From Amoebophrya sp. A120 (lineage: Eukaryota; Protista; Dinoflagellata): 64,000 nucleotides of DNA. The stretch spans positions 154,982-218,981 of the forward strand of contig CAJINV010000019.1 of the NCBI GenBank assembly GCA_905178155.1. The letters run 5' to 3'. Below, in pieces: positions 35,101 to 48,200 of this stretch. Each line of letters starts with the position of its first letter. Positions within the stretch are counted from its first letter, which is position 1. The notes under the pieces were generated by a model that worked only from the letters and a program-made list of their open reading frames with translations, made no database searches and had not been told where the DNA came from. The translations under genes were made by a program, and so were the position numbers.

Positions 35101-38100
35101 GCAGCAACTCCGCCTCCTGAATCGTGTAGCGCATCCTTTGTCTCAGTTGCAGCTGCTCCAATAACTTCATCTCATTCTGCTCTTCTTTTGAAAGCGCGCC
35201 TTTATTCTTCAACATGGTCGTCCCAGGTCCTGCCGCTGCCGCCTTCGCGGGTGCCGCTTTGGCTTTCGCTTTCGACTTTGGGGCTGCGGCAGATTTATTT
35301 CCTCCTGTCGCACCAGCCTTTGCGGTCGTCTTCGGAGCCGCTGCTGCAACTGAAACTACAGCCGGAGCTGCGTCGAGATCCGCTGATTTGATTTTCGCCT
35401 GTGTATGGACTGCAAAAGTATCGTACTCGTATAAATGCGTGACAAATTTCCTCAGCATGAGAAATAAAATTTGTAATGCAGATTTGCATTGGGAACAAGA
35501 TTTGTAACGCATGACTTGCATTTATACGAGTACGATACTTTTGCACAGGATACTGTGCAAGCCCAAGCGAATCTTCGGCGGAATTATACTCGGAGTGAAA
35601 CACCTCAGATTCGTTATTGAGAGGAAAAATCCCCCCTCCCCATATTGAAAAGGTATGTTTCCAAAAATTTGTGTTGCGGATTTGAGGTCAAAAATCACAT
35701 CTGTCTTGCAAGAAGACAAGGGCAGAAGCTTCCGCCCCATTATGGAAGCGATTTGTCATGCTGTCTGGCCTAAAGGGGGGCCGTTTCTCATGCTGAACTA
35801 CTAGACCCATACGCCCCTACCTAGTCTGGGGATCTGGCCGCAGTGCCTCTGTGCAATACAAAGCTGATTTGTGGCCACAAATCAGCATCACAAATTTCCG
35901 TTTTGATATGGGGAGAGGGGATTTTTCATTTTGATATTCGTCCTGGAAAAAGATCGCAATCGCGTCGGATTTGCTATCGAGGTTGATTCTGTCGCTGACT
36001 TGCTTCATCTTTAACTTCACCTGAGTCATCAAAGACTCCAAATGGTTTCTCGCCGACGGCTTGTACAGCGACGTGATCGCCCGGACCGCGCCGATTCTGA
36101 GCGGATTTTGCTGGAGAAAATTCATCATCTCAGAAGAGCTCCAATCCAGTTCTTCAGACGCGAGCGCGAGCGCCTGTAACCGCGGGAAGCAACTGTCAAA
36201 AAACACATCCGGGCTTTTGATGTTCGATTGGTTCAGTTTCTCTTCCACCAATTTCGTCACCAGCTGCCTCCCACCGATCAAATGCAAAAATGTCTGGGTC
36301 TGGAAAATTTCTAGACCTGTCATGCATATTTTCCATGAGCCGTGATGTCTGTGATGCATGCCGTAGCATCACAGATTTTCAGAGCGCTTTGCGATACCTC
36401 TACCGCATGAGAAATGCCGTCTCCGCGTAGCACAAACTGGAGCCCTCTTGCTGGTCATGCAGTACAAATTTTTTCAGAATCCAGAGACAGCATTACATGT
36501 TTAGAATGTTCCAGACCCAGACATATTTACATTTGATACCACCGTTCCTCGGGCAAATCGCGGGGTGGAAAGCCAGTGCGAGGAGACACGCAGTCACATC
36601 CGGGAATTCTGCGGTGAAAGGGAGGCAGGCGGACAAAAGGTCTAAAACAATCGCGCGGAGAACAATGTCGGTTTGCGGGATGGAATTATTTCCCTCCTCG
36701 GGAGAAGATATCGAGCTAAAACTTCCTGCTCCGGTCGAAAGACTTGCATTTTTTCCATCCCCGCTTGACGCGGCCGTAGTACTACTAGAAGTCGAACCAA
36801 TCGAACTGGTGGGGAAAAGCGCGAAGTCCTTTCTTCCCAAAACTCTTTTGAACCCATACGACTCGTTCAGAATCGTCGTCCCGCGCAATTTCCCGTTCTC
36901 GAAGTGTTTCTGCCCGCCGAGAACTTGGGAATTTTTCTCCGAGGAAGTCTGCAACATGTGGTGAAATATTTGCACCAAACTGGTGGTGAAGTGATGGAAA
37001 AGCAAATCCAAGTCCGGCTTGCACGCGGGACTGATGGTTTTATCCTTCTCCGAAACCGCTGCGGACTTGACGAGTTTTTCTAACAACGTTTTGAAAAACG
37101 GAACAGAATCCGAATTCGCGAACTGCGCGTTATTTCCGGCGTAGCTGCTGGACAATACAGCGAGAAATTGTTTCAAAACCGGGTTGGTTTTCATGTCGAG
37201 AAGTTTCTGCAAACTCTGCGGTTTCAGCACCGGTTTCTCGGAATCGACGACGATGTAGCCCTATCAAATGCAAAAATGTCTGGGTCTGCTGGAAGGTTGT
37301 AACTTGTGATGCTGTCTTTGGAAGGTAAAAAAAATCTGTATTGCATGACCGGCAAGAGGAGTTCAGTTTGCGCTACGCGGAGTGGGCGTTTCTCATGCGG
37401 AATACGCATCAGAGGGCCCTTTAAAAATCTGCGATGCTAGGTCATGCATTACAGGCCTCATGGGCTATGAAAAATAAGCATGACAAATCTCAGAATCTTC
37501 CAGACCCAGACATTTTTGCGCTTGATAAGCCCTCTTCCGTCTCCGTACAGCTGGACGTTTCCAACGACGCGGCGGTCGGCTCGATGAAGAGCTGCAAAGA
37601 GGTATTGTGAGGAAAAATGTCCCCACTCTAGAGTCAAGATGGAAAATCTGCTAGACAAATCAAACAGCTTTCGCTGTTTCGCATGACAATTTTGCCCTCA
37701 AAATAGTGTGATCCTGGTTCGCTAGTTCAGCAGCATCACAGATCTAGGTCTAGCATATCATGCTGGTTCTAGCATCACAAACTCAAAAAGACGACTAGTA
37801 AATGCCTCTTATGGGGCTTCGCATAAGAAACTTTTTTGGCTGGCATTGCAGATTTGCATGACAACTCTGGGGTGGGGACGTTTTTACTCAGCATAAGAGG
37901 ATTGCTTCGTCAACGTGAGGGGGAACCTGGTCGCGAGATCGAGCTTGCTTTCCACCACAGCCGTTTCCAGCACCGCGGAAAAAGCGGCGCACCAGAGGTC
38001 CTGGGGTGCGATGGTGTTGTTCAGTTTGAAGTTTTCCGGGTTCAGGAAAAAAGACTCCGTCGCATCGGTGAAGAGGGCAAGTTGCTCTTTCTTCCAGTCC

Positions 38101-40467
38101 TTTTTCAAGTTCACGGCAGCCTCAAGCGGCAACGCGAATACCAACGCGGAAAGCATCCCGGAACGGAGCGCGACCTTCAGAGTGGCGGACCACAGGGTTG
38201 CGTTGATGATGATGTTTTCCTTCACCCAATCTTGAAAGGGAGACAGATCGTAGAGAATGGAGGTCTGCTTTTCTTGGGTACTACTAGTTGTGCCGTTGTT
38301 TTTACTCCGTTTCGCGACCATCTCCGCTGGGGATATTGATGTTGGTCTACCTGTTTTTACAACTACCAATCCATTCACGCAGGCGGCCTTAATTGTGTCC
38401 TTCTTCTCGTTTGCTAGAACCTTCTTGATCACGTCCAAGACTGGTTGTGTCACCTGTTTTCGCTTGTCAAGAGAGCTGCTATCGGATTTGTCACCGAAGA
38501 CGACCAAGTTCGCCAAGTTCACGATCAAGCCGCAATTTTTGATCGCCAACAGCCTCAAATCTTCGCTCATGCCCGGGCCGGTGGCTTCTTTCAGAAGCAG
38601 GCTGGTGGAGGTGGTGGCGCCGTTGACGAGAAGGGACTTGAAAGTGGTGACTTTTTCCAGGAACATGGTGTTGAAACAGGATACAAGAAGTTGTGCCTGA
38701 TGTAGTTGTTGTTCCTTATTTTGCTGTTCCTGTACATCACCGCCTGAACTACAAGCAGTCATTTTATACAGCACGCTCCCGATCATCTTGGCCAGCATCT
38801 TGCTCCCCATCGTCAGCGCCGCAATCTTGTCCTGCGCCGGCGCGGTGTTTTTCGTGGTGAGGAGGGTGAAAACGTGATCGAGAACGGCGGAGGTTCTAGG
38901 AAAGGTCGCTTTGTCCTCCTTCGCATCAGCCAGTGTTGCTTGTTCCGCGACCGCTTCGGACACTCGGGTACAGAATTCCCGCTGCTTCACGTGCAGCGAA
39001 TGGGAGGTCGTGAGGAACTCGGAAAGCGTTTTGACGAATTCTTCTGACACTGACGTGCCTTTATTCGCGTTTTCATGCAAGTGGAACAACAATTCACACC
39101 CGCAAATTTCCATTAATCGCATGATGCAGCCCCCCGCCGTCTCCGGCTGCCTCTTCAGCATTCTGTTGCAGGTTTGCAGTAGCTTCTGGATTTCACCTGC
39201 TGGTTTGGAAGAAACAAGTTGCGCTTTCAACATGCTGCATACCCCGTCGACAACAGCGGGGTAAGAAGTGGCTGTGCTGGTGGTTTTCGCTTCTTCGAGC
39301 AGCTGTTTCTGGAGAAAGTCGCAGACCGGCTCGATGAAGTTATTCGTAGTGGTATTATCGCGACTCGTCAACAGCCCACCGAGCACCGCCGCGCCTGAAA
39401 CCGCCTGCAAGGATCCTGCTGCGCTTATCAAAAGGAAAACTCCCCCCTCCCCATATCAAGAAAGAGCTTCTAACGCAGGATCTGCGTACACAAATCAGAT
39501 TTGTCTTGCTGGAGAGGAACGCAGGCCCTTCCTAGGCCTAAGTCGAGCGGTTTTGGCCTAGGCGTCTAGCACGAGAAACGTCCACGCTGTAGGCCCATGA
39601 GCATCACAAACCGCCTGCACAATGCTGCGGAGCTTGTGGAGTTGCCTTCTTGCAAGACAAAGGTGATTTGTGACCTCAAATCAGCAACACAAATTTTGGT
39701 GGAGCCATGCCTTTTCGATATGGGGAGAGGGAGTTTTTCCTTTCAATAGCGGTCGTGGTCGCCGCGAGCGCGTTTTTTCCGATCACCGCAAAGCCGGCCT
39801 CGATAACTTTCTTCTGCGAAAAAAATTTCTCCTGGACCACCTTCCACTTCTTCTTCCACCTTCCCGTGGAGGTTCCGGCCTTGTTGGACAAACAGTACCG
39901 CATGAACAGTTGCAGGACTTTGGATAATCGGTTGGAGTCGATCTTTTCGACCACAGAACAAGAAGTCGCTGATGTGGCTGAACTTCTACCCGCGATCATT
40001 TTCGTCAACATGTACAGGCCCAACACCAACGTCCTGCAGTCCCTTCCCACCTTGATCAATCGGTCCAAGAAGCAGTTGACACTCGTTTCGTTCGGAGGTA
40101 ATATCCTCGCAATCTTGTCCACGAGCAGATACTGCAAATTCCGGGAATCAGAGCTCGCTCTCGGCAGAGCAGCCGCGGTGAAATCCAGAAGCGCATCCTG
40201 CAGCGCTTTGGAGATGGTGTGTTGTTCTTGCGATAATTTGGCGTTTACTTTCGGGCATGTTATCAGCTTCGCGTACAGCACGCTATCACTGACGTTGTCC
40301 CCCCCGACAACTTGCTCGGCATCCTCGCCGCTGTTCGGTGCACCCTCGGCGAGGAACTTTTTCAAATTGGTTAAGGCCTTGCCGGTGGTGGCGCCCTGGA
40401 CGGCGAGGGTTGCGGCTTGGAGCAGCGCGATCCTCGCACTGTCGTCTTCTAGAGTGATGCCGTCCAT
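26129..40467 (-). CDS. GCN1: GCN1, HEAT-repeat activator of the eIF2-alpha kinase GCN2; multi-exon with about 14 introners plus canonical introns; start provisional
   Basis: Characteristic peptides: LGRLFEPYVIATLPILLKAFADSAPIVR, NLSAHGVKLVLPHLL, TSFVHNVDAPSLALLCPLVLRAL, LVDPIPDVRATSAKAFGTL, VERSGAAHGLSEVL, VREGVCIGLTEL, LKPYVVKITGPLIRIVGDRF. Confidence 0.93.
26885..27146. mobile_element. Family-A introner in GCN1
   Basis: TIRs TATGCATT(G/A)CAAATAT(A/G)TC(T/C)GGGT(T/C)TGGAA; TSD cgcag/cgcag; removal restores ELRLLAAKGLGEL. Confidence 0.92.
27200..27354. mobile_element. Family-B introner in GCN1
   Basis: TATGCATTGCAGAAGTATCGTACTCGTAC...GTACGAGTACGATACTTTTGCAGAGCATA; TSD gtaga/gtaga; removal restores PFYPIYQHGL. 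Confidence 0.92.
27407..27712. mobile_element. Family-C-like introner in GCN1
   Basis: TATTACAGTGAAAAGTGCCCCCCACCCC...GGGGTGGGGGCGTTTTTCATTGCAATA; TSD ggagc/ggagc. Confidence 0.88.
27940..28083. mobile_element. Degenerate family-B element within a GCN1 intron
   Basis: AAGTACTCGTATTGCAGTCATGCATTACAAAT...TACGAGTACGAGAGTTTTGCGCAGGATA; left end eroded. Confidence 0.6.
31893..32141. mobile_element. Family-A introner in GCN1
   Basis: Family-A TIRs; TSD ttgca/ttgca; removal restores NSVQLAVVKVLPPL. Confidence 0.92.
33957..34208. mobile_element. Family-A introner in GCN1
   Basis: TATCAAATGCAAAAATGTCTGGGTCTGGAA...TTCCAGACCCAGACATTTTTACATTTGATA; TSD ggtag/ggtag. Confidence 0.92.
34257..34508. mobile_element. 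Family-A introner in GCN1, near-identical to 33957-34208
   Basis: Same length (252 bp) and same internal sequence; TSD attgg/attgg. Confidence 0.92.
34638..34891. mobile_element. Family-A introner in GCN1, inverted copy of the same subfamily
   Basis: Internal sequence is the reverse complement of 33957-34208; TSD agaag/agaag. Confidence 0.92.
34939..35089. mobile_element. Family-B introner in GCN1
   Basis: TATCCTGTGCAAAAGTATCGTACTCGTA...TACTAGTACGATACTTTTGCATTTCATA; TSD aaaca/aaaca. Confidence 0.9.
35404..35552. mobile_element. Family-B introner in GCN1
   Basis: Family-B TIRs; TSD ctgtg/ctgtg. Confidence 0.9.
35615..35936. mobile_element. Family-D introner in GCN1
   Basis: TATTGAGAGGAAAAATCCCCCCTCCCCATAT...ATATGGGGAGAGGGGATTTTTCATTTTGATA; TSD ttcgt/ttcgt. 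Confidence 0.88.
36276..36538. mobile_element. Family-A introner in GCN1
   Basis: Family-A TIRs (first base G instead of T); TSD ccacc/ccacc. Confidence 0.9.
37262..37527. mobile_element. Family-A introner in GCN1
   Basis: Family-A TIRs; TSD agccc/agccc. Confidence 0.9.
37603..37895. mobile_element. Family-C introner in GCN1
   Basis: TATTGTGAGGAAAAATGTCCCCACTCTAGAGT...ACTCTGGGGTGGGGACGTTTTTACTCAGCATA; TSD agagg/agagg. Confidence 0.9.
39426..39748. mobile_element. Family-D introner in GCN1
   Basis: TATCAAAAGGAAAACTCCCCCTCCCCATATC...GATATGGGGAGAGGGAGTTTTTCCTTTCAATA; TSD gcgct/gcggt. Confidence 0.88.
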
Positions 40468-41615
40468 GGTTGGTTTTGTATGCAGGAAATTCAGTCGCCG
40501 GTTGTACCTTCTGTGGTGGAGGAGGAGTACGAGAATAAGTTAAGGCTTCTTTGGCGGTAAATGCTACTGAGAAGGGTCGTGGCACAGAAACAAGCAACTA
40601 CTACTCATGGGACTTCCTTGTTTCCAGTCGATCACTACTAGGTGCGGAACTAATTCGGAACGATAGGGGTCACCTTCGCTAAAGGCATGCTTTCAATATC
40701 AATTATCATGTTTGTTTGTCGCTTTGGCATGATGGATGTGAAACATGTTGTGCGTACAGGTATATTTCTATGCTACGGCGGAACCGCTGAAAAAAATGAA
40801 TTGGTTTTTGTTTTGTATATTCGGTCTGAAGCCGCGTCAAATTCCAAATACGAGGTAGGTTTGTTTTTGTTTTTATATTCAGATCGGTCAGAGAATTTCG
40901 TTGCGCCAGATGTAGAAAGATCACGACGAAAGAGTAGGGATCGGAAGATTACGCATAGCGCGCCGATGTCAACATGTACGTATCAATCTGAACTGCATCA
41001 TCCTGGTACGCGAGGGCAAGATAACTAGTGTGTGAAAAGGATCTGAACAAACCAATTATTTCCACGCATTCGGAAGTAGATCTTTCAAGGAGGAGCCTAG
41101 TGTGTCTACGAGAGCATGATGAACATCCTTGAACAATGTAATGGATTCAGTTGTTCTAGTTGCATGGAACGCAATGGCTGAGCACCTTTTCCCAGCACAC
41201 AGTGATGTAGTAGAATGGTCATGTCAAGGTGAAGGACGTGATCGATATCATCAAATTCTTGAAATAGGTTTGGAAGTTATAATGTTAAGGAACTGTTCTT
41301 AGCCCGGACAAAAGTTGCAAATTTCAACTTCTTCGCGACCACCTGGTGCTGCTGGCAAGGTACCTGATAGATGATTCCACTCAGTTTGATTTTTCGTGAG
41401 GACCCATTCGAAAATACAGAGTTTCTGACGCAAGAAGAAAACGAGATAGATAATCTTTTCCTGTGGGGTCGACAGAGATAAATCGAATTATTAAGGCATG
41501 AAAGCGCATGGAAGTAAGGGGCACGCAAGGAGTTCACAGCAGCCGAGGCGGATCATCAAATTTGCGTATGTTGAGTCAATGTACTTACATCTCGTCCTCG
41601 TTCCGTCCTCATCTT

Positions 41616-42281
41616 CTAGGCGCCGCACCGATCCGCGGCTGGGACTCCGTTTGTTCCATCCGCAAAAGTGCAGCTCGACTCCTTGGGACCACAACTTCCA
41701 GGAACGAGAGAAGAGCCCTCCACAAGCGCGAGCAAATCAGAAACTTCGGCCTCGATCTTCGCTGCATCTCTGCTCTGCATAGAGATAGACCCGCACCCGA
41801 ACATCGCCAACTGATAACGCTGATTTCCACAGCCACCCTCCCCGAACACCGCACGATAATGCTCCCGGAAAGTGTCTGGGCCGGTCATCTCCATTAGACA
41901 CAGCAACGTCGGGGCCTCCTTCATTTGTGCGATTTCTTTCGTCAGCCATTTGTTGGCGTTTTCCCGCAGGGAAAAGTATAACTGTCCGGGCTCCACGACG
42001 TTCTCCGTCAACTCTTTTGGAACAGTACTACCCTTCGCCTTCCCGTTCGTGTCGAATGGGTTCTCCATTCTTTCATCAGGGAATGTATAGGCAACATAAA
42101 CAGTATCGATGGTTTTTCCGCCGGAGGAGCGCATTGTGCAGGCACGAATTGCCCTACGGGAGGAATAAAGCACTCGCATGGGGTGCAATCCTGTCGGAAT
42201 AACTCTTGTTCTGTATGAAAAAAGAAAAAGCGGACGCACGTTCGTGCAGTGCGATCCCTTGTCTGCTGCTGAAGCCGCCAT
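41616..42281 (-). CDS. Hypothetical protein
   Basis: Long ORF with protein-like composition, co-oriented with its neighbours; may contain introns; no family recognised. Confidence 0.45.
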   Translation of the reverse strand: MAASAADKGSHCTNVRPLFLFSYRTRVIPTGLHPMRVLYSSRRAIRACTMRSSGGKTIDTVYVAYTFPDERMENPFDTNGKAKGSTVPKELTENVVEPGQLYFSLRENANKWLTKEIAQMKEAPTLLCLMEMTGPDTFREHYRAVFGEGGCGNQRYQLAMFGCGSISMQSRDAAKIEAEVSDLLALVEGSSLVPGSCGPKESSCTFADGTNGVPAADRCGA

Positions 42282-43233
42282 CTTGATGGTGGCGCAGTTT
42301 TTCACGGCCAACCTCGAGAGAAACGCCGTAGCACAGATGAAAGAAAATACTCAAGGGGCGACTTCTGTAAAAATATCGGATGTTACTTGAAATTCGGAAT
42401 AACAGGATAGGTCGCTACACGAAAGAATGTAGGTTGTGGCTTCGATGGAACTACCGCTGAAAAAGTTAGTGTTCTTTTGGAGCGTCAGGCCCTTCAAATT
42501 CAAATTGTGAATTGTTTCTTGCTTTCACAGGATCGTCGTTCAATCATGAAATTTCCTACTTCCGCAATAAAGTCTTGTCGATCTTCACAAAGAATAAAGA
42601 CTCAGCATCAGCAGACGCAGTAGCCATCATTCAACAAAGTTGAAGTGCATTGTCATATTCAACATCATGACGCGGAAGTGAATAGAGGTAGTGCATCAGG
42701 ATCTTCTTCTTGCGCAACCCTCCAACATGTGGCTGAACATAAATTGAGATCGTCCTCTTGCGCGGTCGCGGTCGGACAGCCCTCTTAGCCGACCCGAGGA
42801 CCATCCTCACCCGAGAATAGAGCACGGCTGTTGGGTTTCTTCCATAGTGAAAAATCAAAACCTTCAGAACCGGTATGAAAGCACTCAATGCTCAGTCACA
42901 TGATCCAGATCCACCAACAGAAACCTAGGCACCAAAATAGTCTTTCGTGAAAAATCGTGATTGGGATTTTGCATCGTTAATATCGTAGGGGTACTTATTA
43001 TCGCTTCGGCTTCCAGATTTGAAGTTGAAGCTCAAGTTTATGCAGTTTTCGTTTTCGACGTGTTCGACATGAACATAATTTCTCATACATTCTCGCTTAG
43101 TGCAGTTAGTCGCCAAATAAAAAATCTCAATCGCTGTGATATAAAACGGGAAAAATCATGTAGACGGATTCAAATGGTGTAACCATGGGTATCGGTATGG
43201 TTCTTGTTCGCTTTAATATTATTCAATAACTGT

Positions 43234-43842
43234 TTACAGACTCACGGATGCTTCCACCATCTCCAAATATTCCAAAACATCCTCCCCGGCATTCCCGAGC
43301 TCGGTGACCGTTTTCTTACCTCCCCGCTGCGCTGACACTTTTTCTGAATCGCACTTGAAAACGAACACCGCCTTCTCCTGCACCAAGTCTAGCAACCGAA
43401 TTTCCCGCCCGGTCAGCTCCGAGGGCAGTTTCTCTTGCTGCTTCGCGATCCAGATGCCCGCAGCCTGTCGGGTCGTGAAGCACATCGCGGGAGCGATCTT
43501 TTGCAGACAGGCGTACAGCTCGGCGTAGGTGGTCTTTCCGATGGGGATACGACCGGCCAGCTCGTAGCAGAGAAACACCGTTTGCTCTTTAATGTCGTAC
43601 TGGGTGCTGGGATCATCGCGAATATTTGTGGAGTTTCTTGGGTCGTTTGTTCCAGCGTCGCTACAATTTGTTGTTGGTCTCCTCCTCTCCTGGACTTTGA
43701 CATTGGTACAGCAGGTCACAACGTGGCTAAATACCTCGTAGGACACGTTGTACGGGTAGGTTTCACATGTGGTAGTGCAGTGCACCACGCTGACGATACA
43801 CAGCGGACGCCAGTCGCGCTGCTCGGATTTTGTTGCTGACAT
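43234..43842 (-). CDS. Hypothetical protein
   Basis: 202-aa ATG-initiated ORF co-oriented with its neighbours; no family recognised. Confidence 0.45.
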   Translation of the reverse strand: MSATKSEQRDWRPLCIVSVVHCTTTCETYPYNVSYEVFSHVVTCCTNVKVQERRRPTTNCSDAGTNDPRNSTNIRDDPSTQYDIKEQTVFLCYELAGRIPIGKTTYAELYACLQKIAPAMCFTTRQAAGIWIAKQQEKLPSELTGREIRLLDLVQEKAVFVFKCDSEKVSAQRGGKKTVTELGNAGEDVLEYLEMVEASVSL

Positions 43843-45231
43843 AGTACTGGTGTCGCTTCAGGAACGGATGAGGAGTTGTAGGAATTTTTTCTGTTGAAGA
43901 TTACGGACTACGGACTCGCTCCTGCGGTGTCGCGGCTGGATCAAAAAAACGTGGCAGAGCTGTGAATTTTTTGGAAACGCTGTGGTCTAGTATGTCGTAT
44001 GTATCTAAATGTATTTCAGTAGTACTGAACGAGGACACAACTCTCAACAAAACAATGTAGACTAGAAACGAGATATCAAAGGCATTGTATGAAAGGAACT
44101 GCTCATCTACTATGATTGCACAACACAAGCATTGCAAGAAGCGGGCATGATCAGATTTTCGCTTTTGCACAACAGCACAATAAGTAGAGAAGCAGACAAG
44201 TCACACTAGTAAGTAGTGCTGACACCAAGCCGCTGTTAACGAGAAAATAAATACTGAGATCAATAGAAGTGCTTCGTCTGCCTACGGTAAATAAGCATAC
44301 AGGTCTGTTGTGCGCTTGTGGTGGCTGGGACCATGATCTATAGTAGCTATGATATCACTAAACGCCTCGTAGTACTAGACAAAATGTTGTAGTAGGGATC
44401 GTTTTTCTTGTTGAGCTAGACGAGAAATAGATCATGATCATCACGCAAGAACGAGAGAGCTGCCATCGCGATCTGCTAGAACCTGTTCGCGGAACAAACA
44501 CTGCTCATCCTGTGTTTTTTAGATCCTCATGATAGTCAGAACGTCGCACGCACTAGAGAGTGAAAAACAAAACTACTAGAGGGCGCAGATCTATAGCTGG
44601 AAAAGAGGACAAACGTCGTGATCCTTGTTGATGGAGATCTTTTCGTGCGCTGGTCCTTCTTCTGGTTCTGGCTGTAAAATGTTGACCACCTCCGGAACGA
44701 GATCTTACTACGAGACATCTCTGTTTTTTTTTATCCTTCTTGTCGTGCCGCTCCATATCGGACCAGCACCACATCTTTGGTTGGCAAACCACGAGGACAT
44801 CAACACATCATGAAGAACTCTGGTCTACTTGCCCTTGCGCTTGATGTTGCCACAGGAGCAAATACGTGCATCAACACTCCTCTGCCTGCAAGGAGCTCCT
44901 GCAACAAGGTAGAACAAGTGTGCTGTACTACATTCGTAAACATTATGGTCGTGTTTTTTCCGTTCCAAATCCATTTCGAGTCATGGGAGGTCGTACATCG
45001 ACTATGAACAGAGTCTACTTCCGGTCGTGTAGAAGTCAAATGGTTAGACTCCACGTAACATCAAATGAGCCATAGAGGAGAACATCATAAAAACGGAGAA
45101 GACGACGAAACTAACACCACGACCAGCGAATCAAATTTCTATTCGCTACTCCTTTCCCGGCCGCGTGGTTTGTTTCGCTAGTGTCCTTCTCGACCGTCTC
45201 CGAAATAAACAAAGTACTTCTTTGTTGGAAC

Positions 45232-48200
45232 TCACTCCGTCTTCGCCCGTTTGGCGTCCGGTGGTCCTCCGTCGTTGAAACCGCCGGTGGCTATCCTGAG
45301 TAAAAACGTACCCACACCAGAGTTGTAATGCAGATTTGCACAGACAGGAAGACTTGTAATGCGCATCCGCATGAGAGCCATTTCCAGTCGTGTTTTGGAA
45401 TTTGTGATGCTGTGAACAGGATGAGCAGATGGATCTGTGATGCGGCTGCACTTGCTAGTCTGCACTACACTGCAGAGTGCAACTTGTCATGCGTGACTCA
45501 CAAAACTCCTAGGTTTGTGTTGCAAAATCCCCATCCTGACTCTGGTGTGGGTACGTTTTTACTCAGGATAGCGGCGCCCATTTGTTTATCAAACGCCGTT
45601 ATGAAATACAAAAGCATCGCACTAGTATAAACCGCATGACAAATTTCCTCAGCATGAGAAATAACATTTGTAATGCGGATTTAACTTGACAAAGAAATTT
45701 GCAATGCATGACTGCGATTACTACGAGTACGATACTTTTGCAGTTCATAGCCTTGATCGCGTCCATGACGAAGTTTTTCCCTTTGCCCTGGTCTACCGCC
45801 GCGTTTATTATCTCCCCCTTCTTGCCCCCGATCTTCCCCGCCAGTTGCCGCAGCTGGGCTTTCTCCGCTTCGGCCGGCCCGGACGGGGTGTTGTTCGTGT
45901 TCGTACTCTGGATATGGGTATCCTGTGCAAAAGTAGCATCTACTTTAATATCGCATTTTTCGCAGGCGTAGTACCCTGACAGTGCAGTTTATTTTACATG
46001 AAAGTAAAGACAAACCTCGCTTCTGCACAAAATCCGCATTAATTACAGTTTTTTCATATCTTTTCCTCGTCCACCTCTTCGGAATTGTGATTGCAAAGCA
46101 ATGCCTGCTAGAGCGATATTATTTCTAAATACTTTTGCAAAAATGCATAGATGGACATGATGTCTGCTCCCTCTGCCTTCACTTTCTCCATTAGATCCTT
46201 CACTGCCTCCTTGTCGTTGAGGTCACGAAGTCGCGCGATTTCAAATTTCAACGCCTCCGGCTGCTGAATCAGTTCCCGTACCCTCTCCTTGCTCAGAAAG
46301 TTCCGGTCCGTCTCCATCAGCTGCAGCTGCACCGGAGCATTTGATGGTCCACCGCCGCCGCCCATTGGGTTGCTGGACATTGATTTCCCCCCGCCGAGAA
46401 AGCCGCCCTTCATGTTCCCGAAATCGGGTCCGCCTTCCGGCCCCTATCAAATGTAAAAGTGTCTGGGTCTGGAAGAGTCATGCTGTTTCTGCATGACACA
46501 GAAGGTCTGGCATGGAAGCTCTAGCATCACAGGTTTCGAGAAGCTTCCGCAATGCCGAATCCGCATGACAAATCCCCCACATTGGTGACAGAAAGTGAGC
46601 AGCTTTTGCTGCCTATGTATCAGAGATTTTTGTGTGTTCTGAAATGCGCATCACAAGTTACATCCTTCCAGACCCAGACAATTTTACATTTGATAGCCCC
46701 ATGCCTTTTCCTAGTCCTTGTTTGCTCTTCTGGCCGATGGCTTGTATGATGTTTTGCTGCTCGTCGAAACTTGTGCAGTGAAAAAGTAGTACCGCACGAC
46801 TGCTTGCAAAAGAGATTTTAATATACGAAAACTGTTCTCAAAAACAAAAATCGACTGTTGTGTCATGCAGATTCAGCTTAGAATTAGAATGAAGCAGTTC
46901 TGTTTGCTCATGCAGATCATCAACTGCAGTTCCTATACAGTAGTGCGAAGATTATACTTTTTCAATGCGTAAATCCCTTCTGCAGCAACTTGTCCACGCC
47001 CTCGGGACCGCCCTTCGAGAGCAGGAACTCGATCACGTAGGGAGGTAGATTCCCCGCTTCGGGGTGTAAGCCGGCGAGGGCTGGATTGGTGGGTCCTTTA
47101 CTAATGCTGCCCGGTCCACCCTTCATGCCGCCGCCGCCCCAGGAACTGCTTTCCTTGCCGGAGTTACTGTGCTTGTCGAAGGACTTGTTGTGCCACTTGT
47201 CAAACGGGCCGCCGCCTTTCAGGTTGTAGTAGTTATCGCCCTTGGGATTACTACTTCCACCCCAGCCGTCCTTCCCGCCCGAACTGTTCCAATCGTGGTC
47301 CTTTCCGCCTTTGCCCCAAGCATCCGGCCCTTTCGGCCAGTGCCTCGGGGACTTCCCCCACTTGCCCTTTGGTGCGCCCCAGCCCTTGCTGGGATCCATT
47401 TCGGGGGAAAGCCGCGGGGTCGGCATGCCCTTCGGCTGCTGCATGCCCTGGGGCATGATTGACGGGCCCTTCATGCTGTTCGGCGACGGGCCTGCTCCGC
47501 CGGGTAGCGGTGGCATCATCGGTCCTCCGGGGCCCCCCTTGTTTCCCGCCATGGGGACGACGGCGTTGGGGTTCAGTTTCAGCATGATCTCGTGCAGCTT
47601 CGCTTTGCCGGATTCGGTTAATGACACAAACATCTGGTCGTCGGTTGCCGCCTCGATTTGAAAAAAATCCTTGTTTTCCTTCCCCAGGGCTTGGGTGAGC
47701 AGCTTCACAAACTTGGGTAGGTCGATGGAGAACGCGGGGAGGCTCTGCAGATAGTCCTTGTAAAAGGAAGCGCACTGTTGAAAATGATTGTTGTTTTTCG
47801 CTTTTATTTCTTGTGTCATGTACTATGTCTTGCAACACAAACCAATTTTGCCATGCACTGTCTTGCATTCCACACATAAGAAGATAGATGAAGAACATAA
47901 ACATCTATCAAATCTATACCGGTTTATCCACGCACTCCTTCTTTACTAACTCGTGAAAGGCGATGAAGAGTGGATTCCTTTCGCCCGCGCACAGCTTTAT
48001 CTTCCCTGGTGAGGCGTCCCATATGTGCTTCTGGCCTTCCAGCACCCGTCCCTTCTCGCCGTCGAAACACCGGAGAAAATCGACGCACAACTGGGCCTTC
48101 AGTTCGTATACCTTGCAGATCTGCTGCAGGGCGAGCTTCCACAGTGCAAATGTGCGATTGCGCCTGAGGGAGGTTTTATTTTCTCATCATGATTTTATTT

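Noticed and set aside
33957-35552. Regularly recurring approximately 30-bp repeats resembling a CRISPR array
   Set aside because: The repeats occur as inverted pairs bounding 150-250 bp units with 5-bp TSDs inside a eukaryotic gene. No cas genes are present.
26129-40467. GCN1 as a pseudogene shattered by transposons
   Set aside because: The exons remain open and conserved, and the junctions checked are restored exactly by removing the element plus one TSD, which fits functional introns.
39707-40543. Plus-strand ORFs opposite GCN1 and calpain exons (also 58019-58882)
   Set aside because: They are antisense shadows of recognisable minus-strand coding exons.
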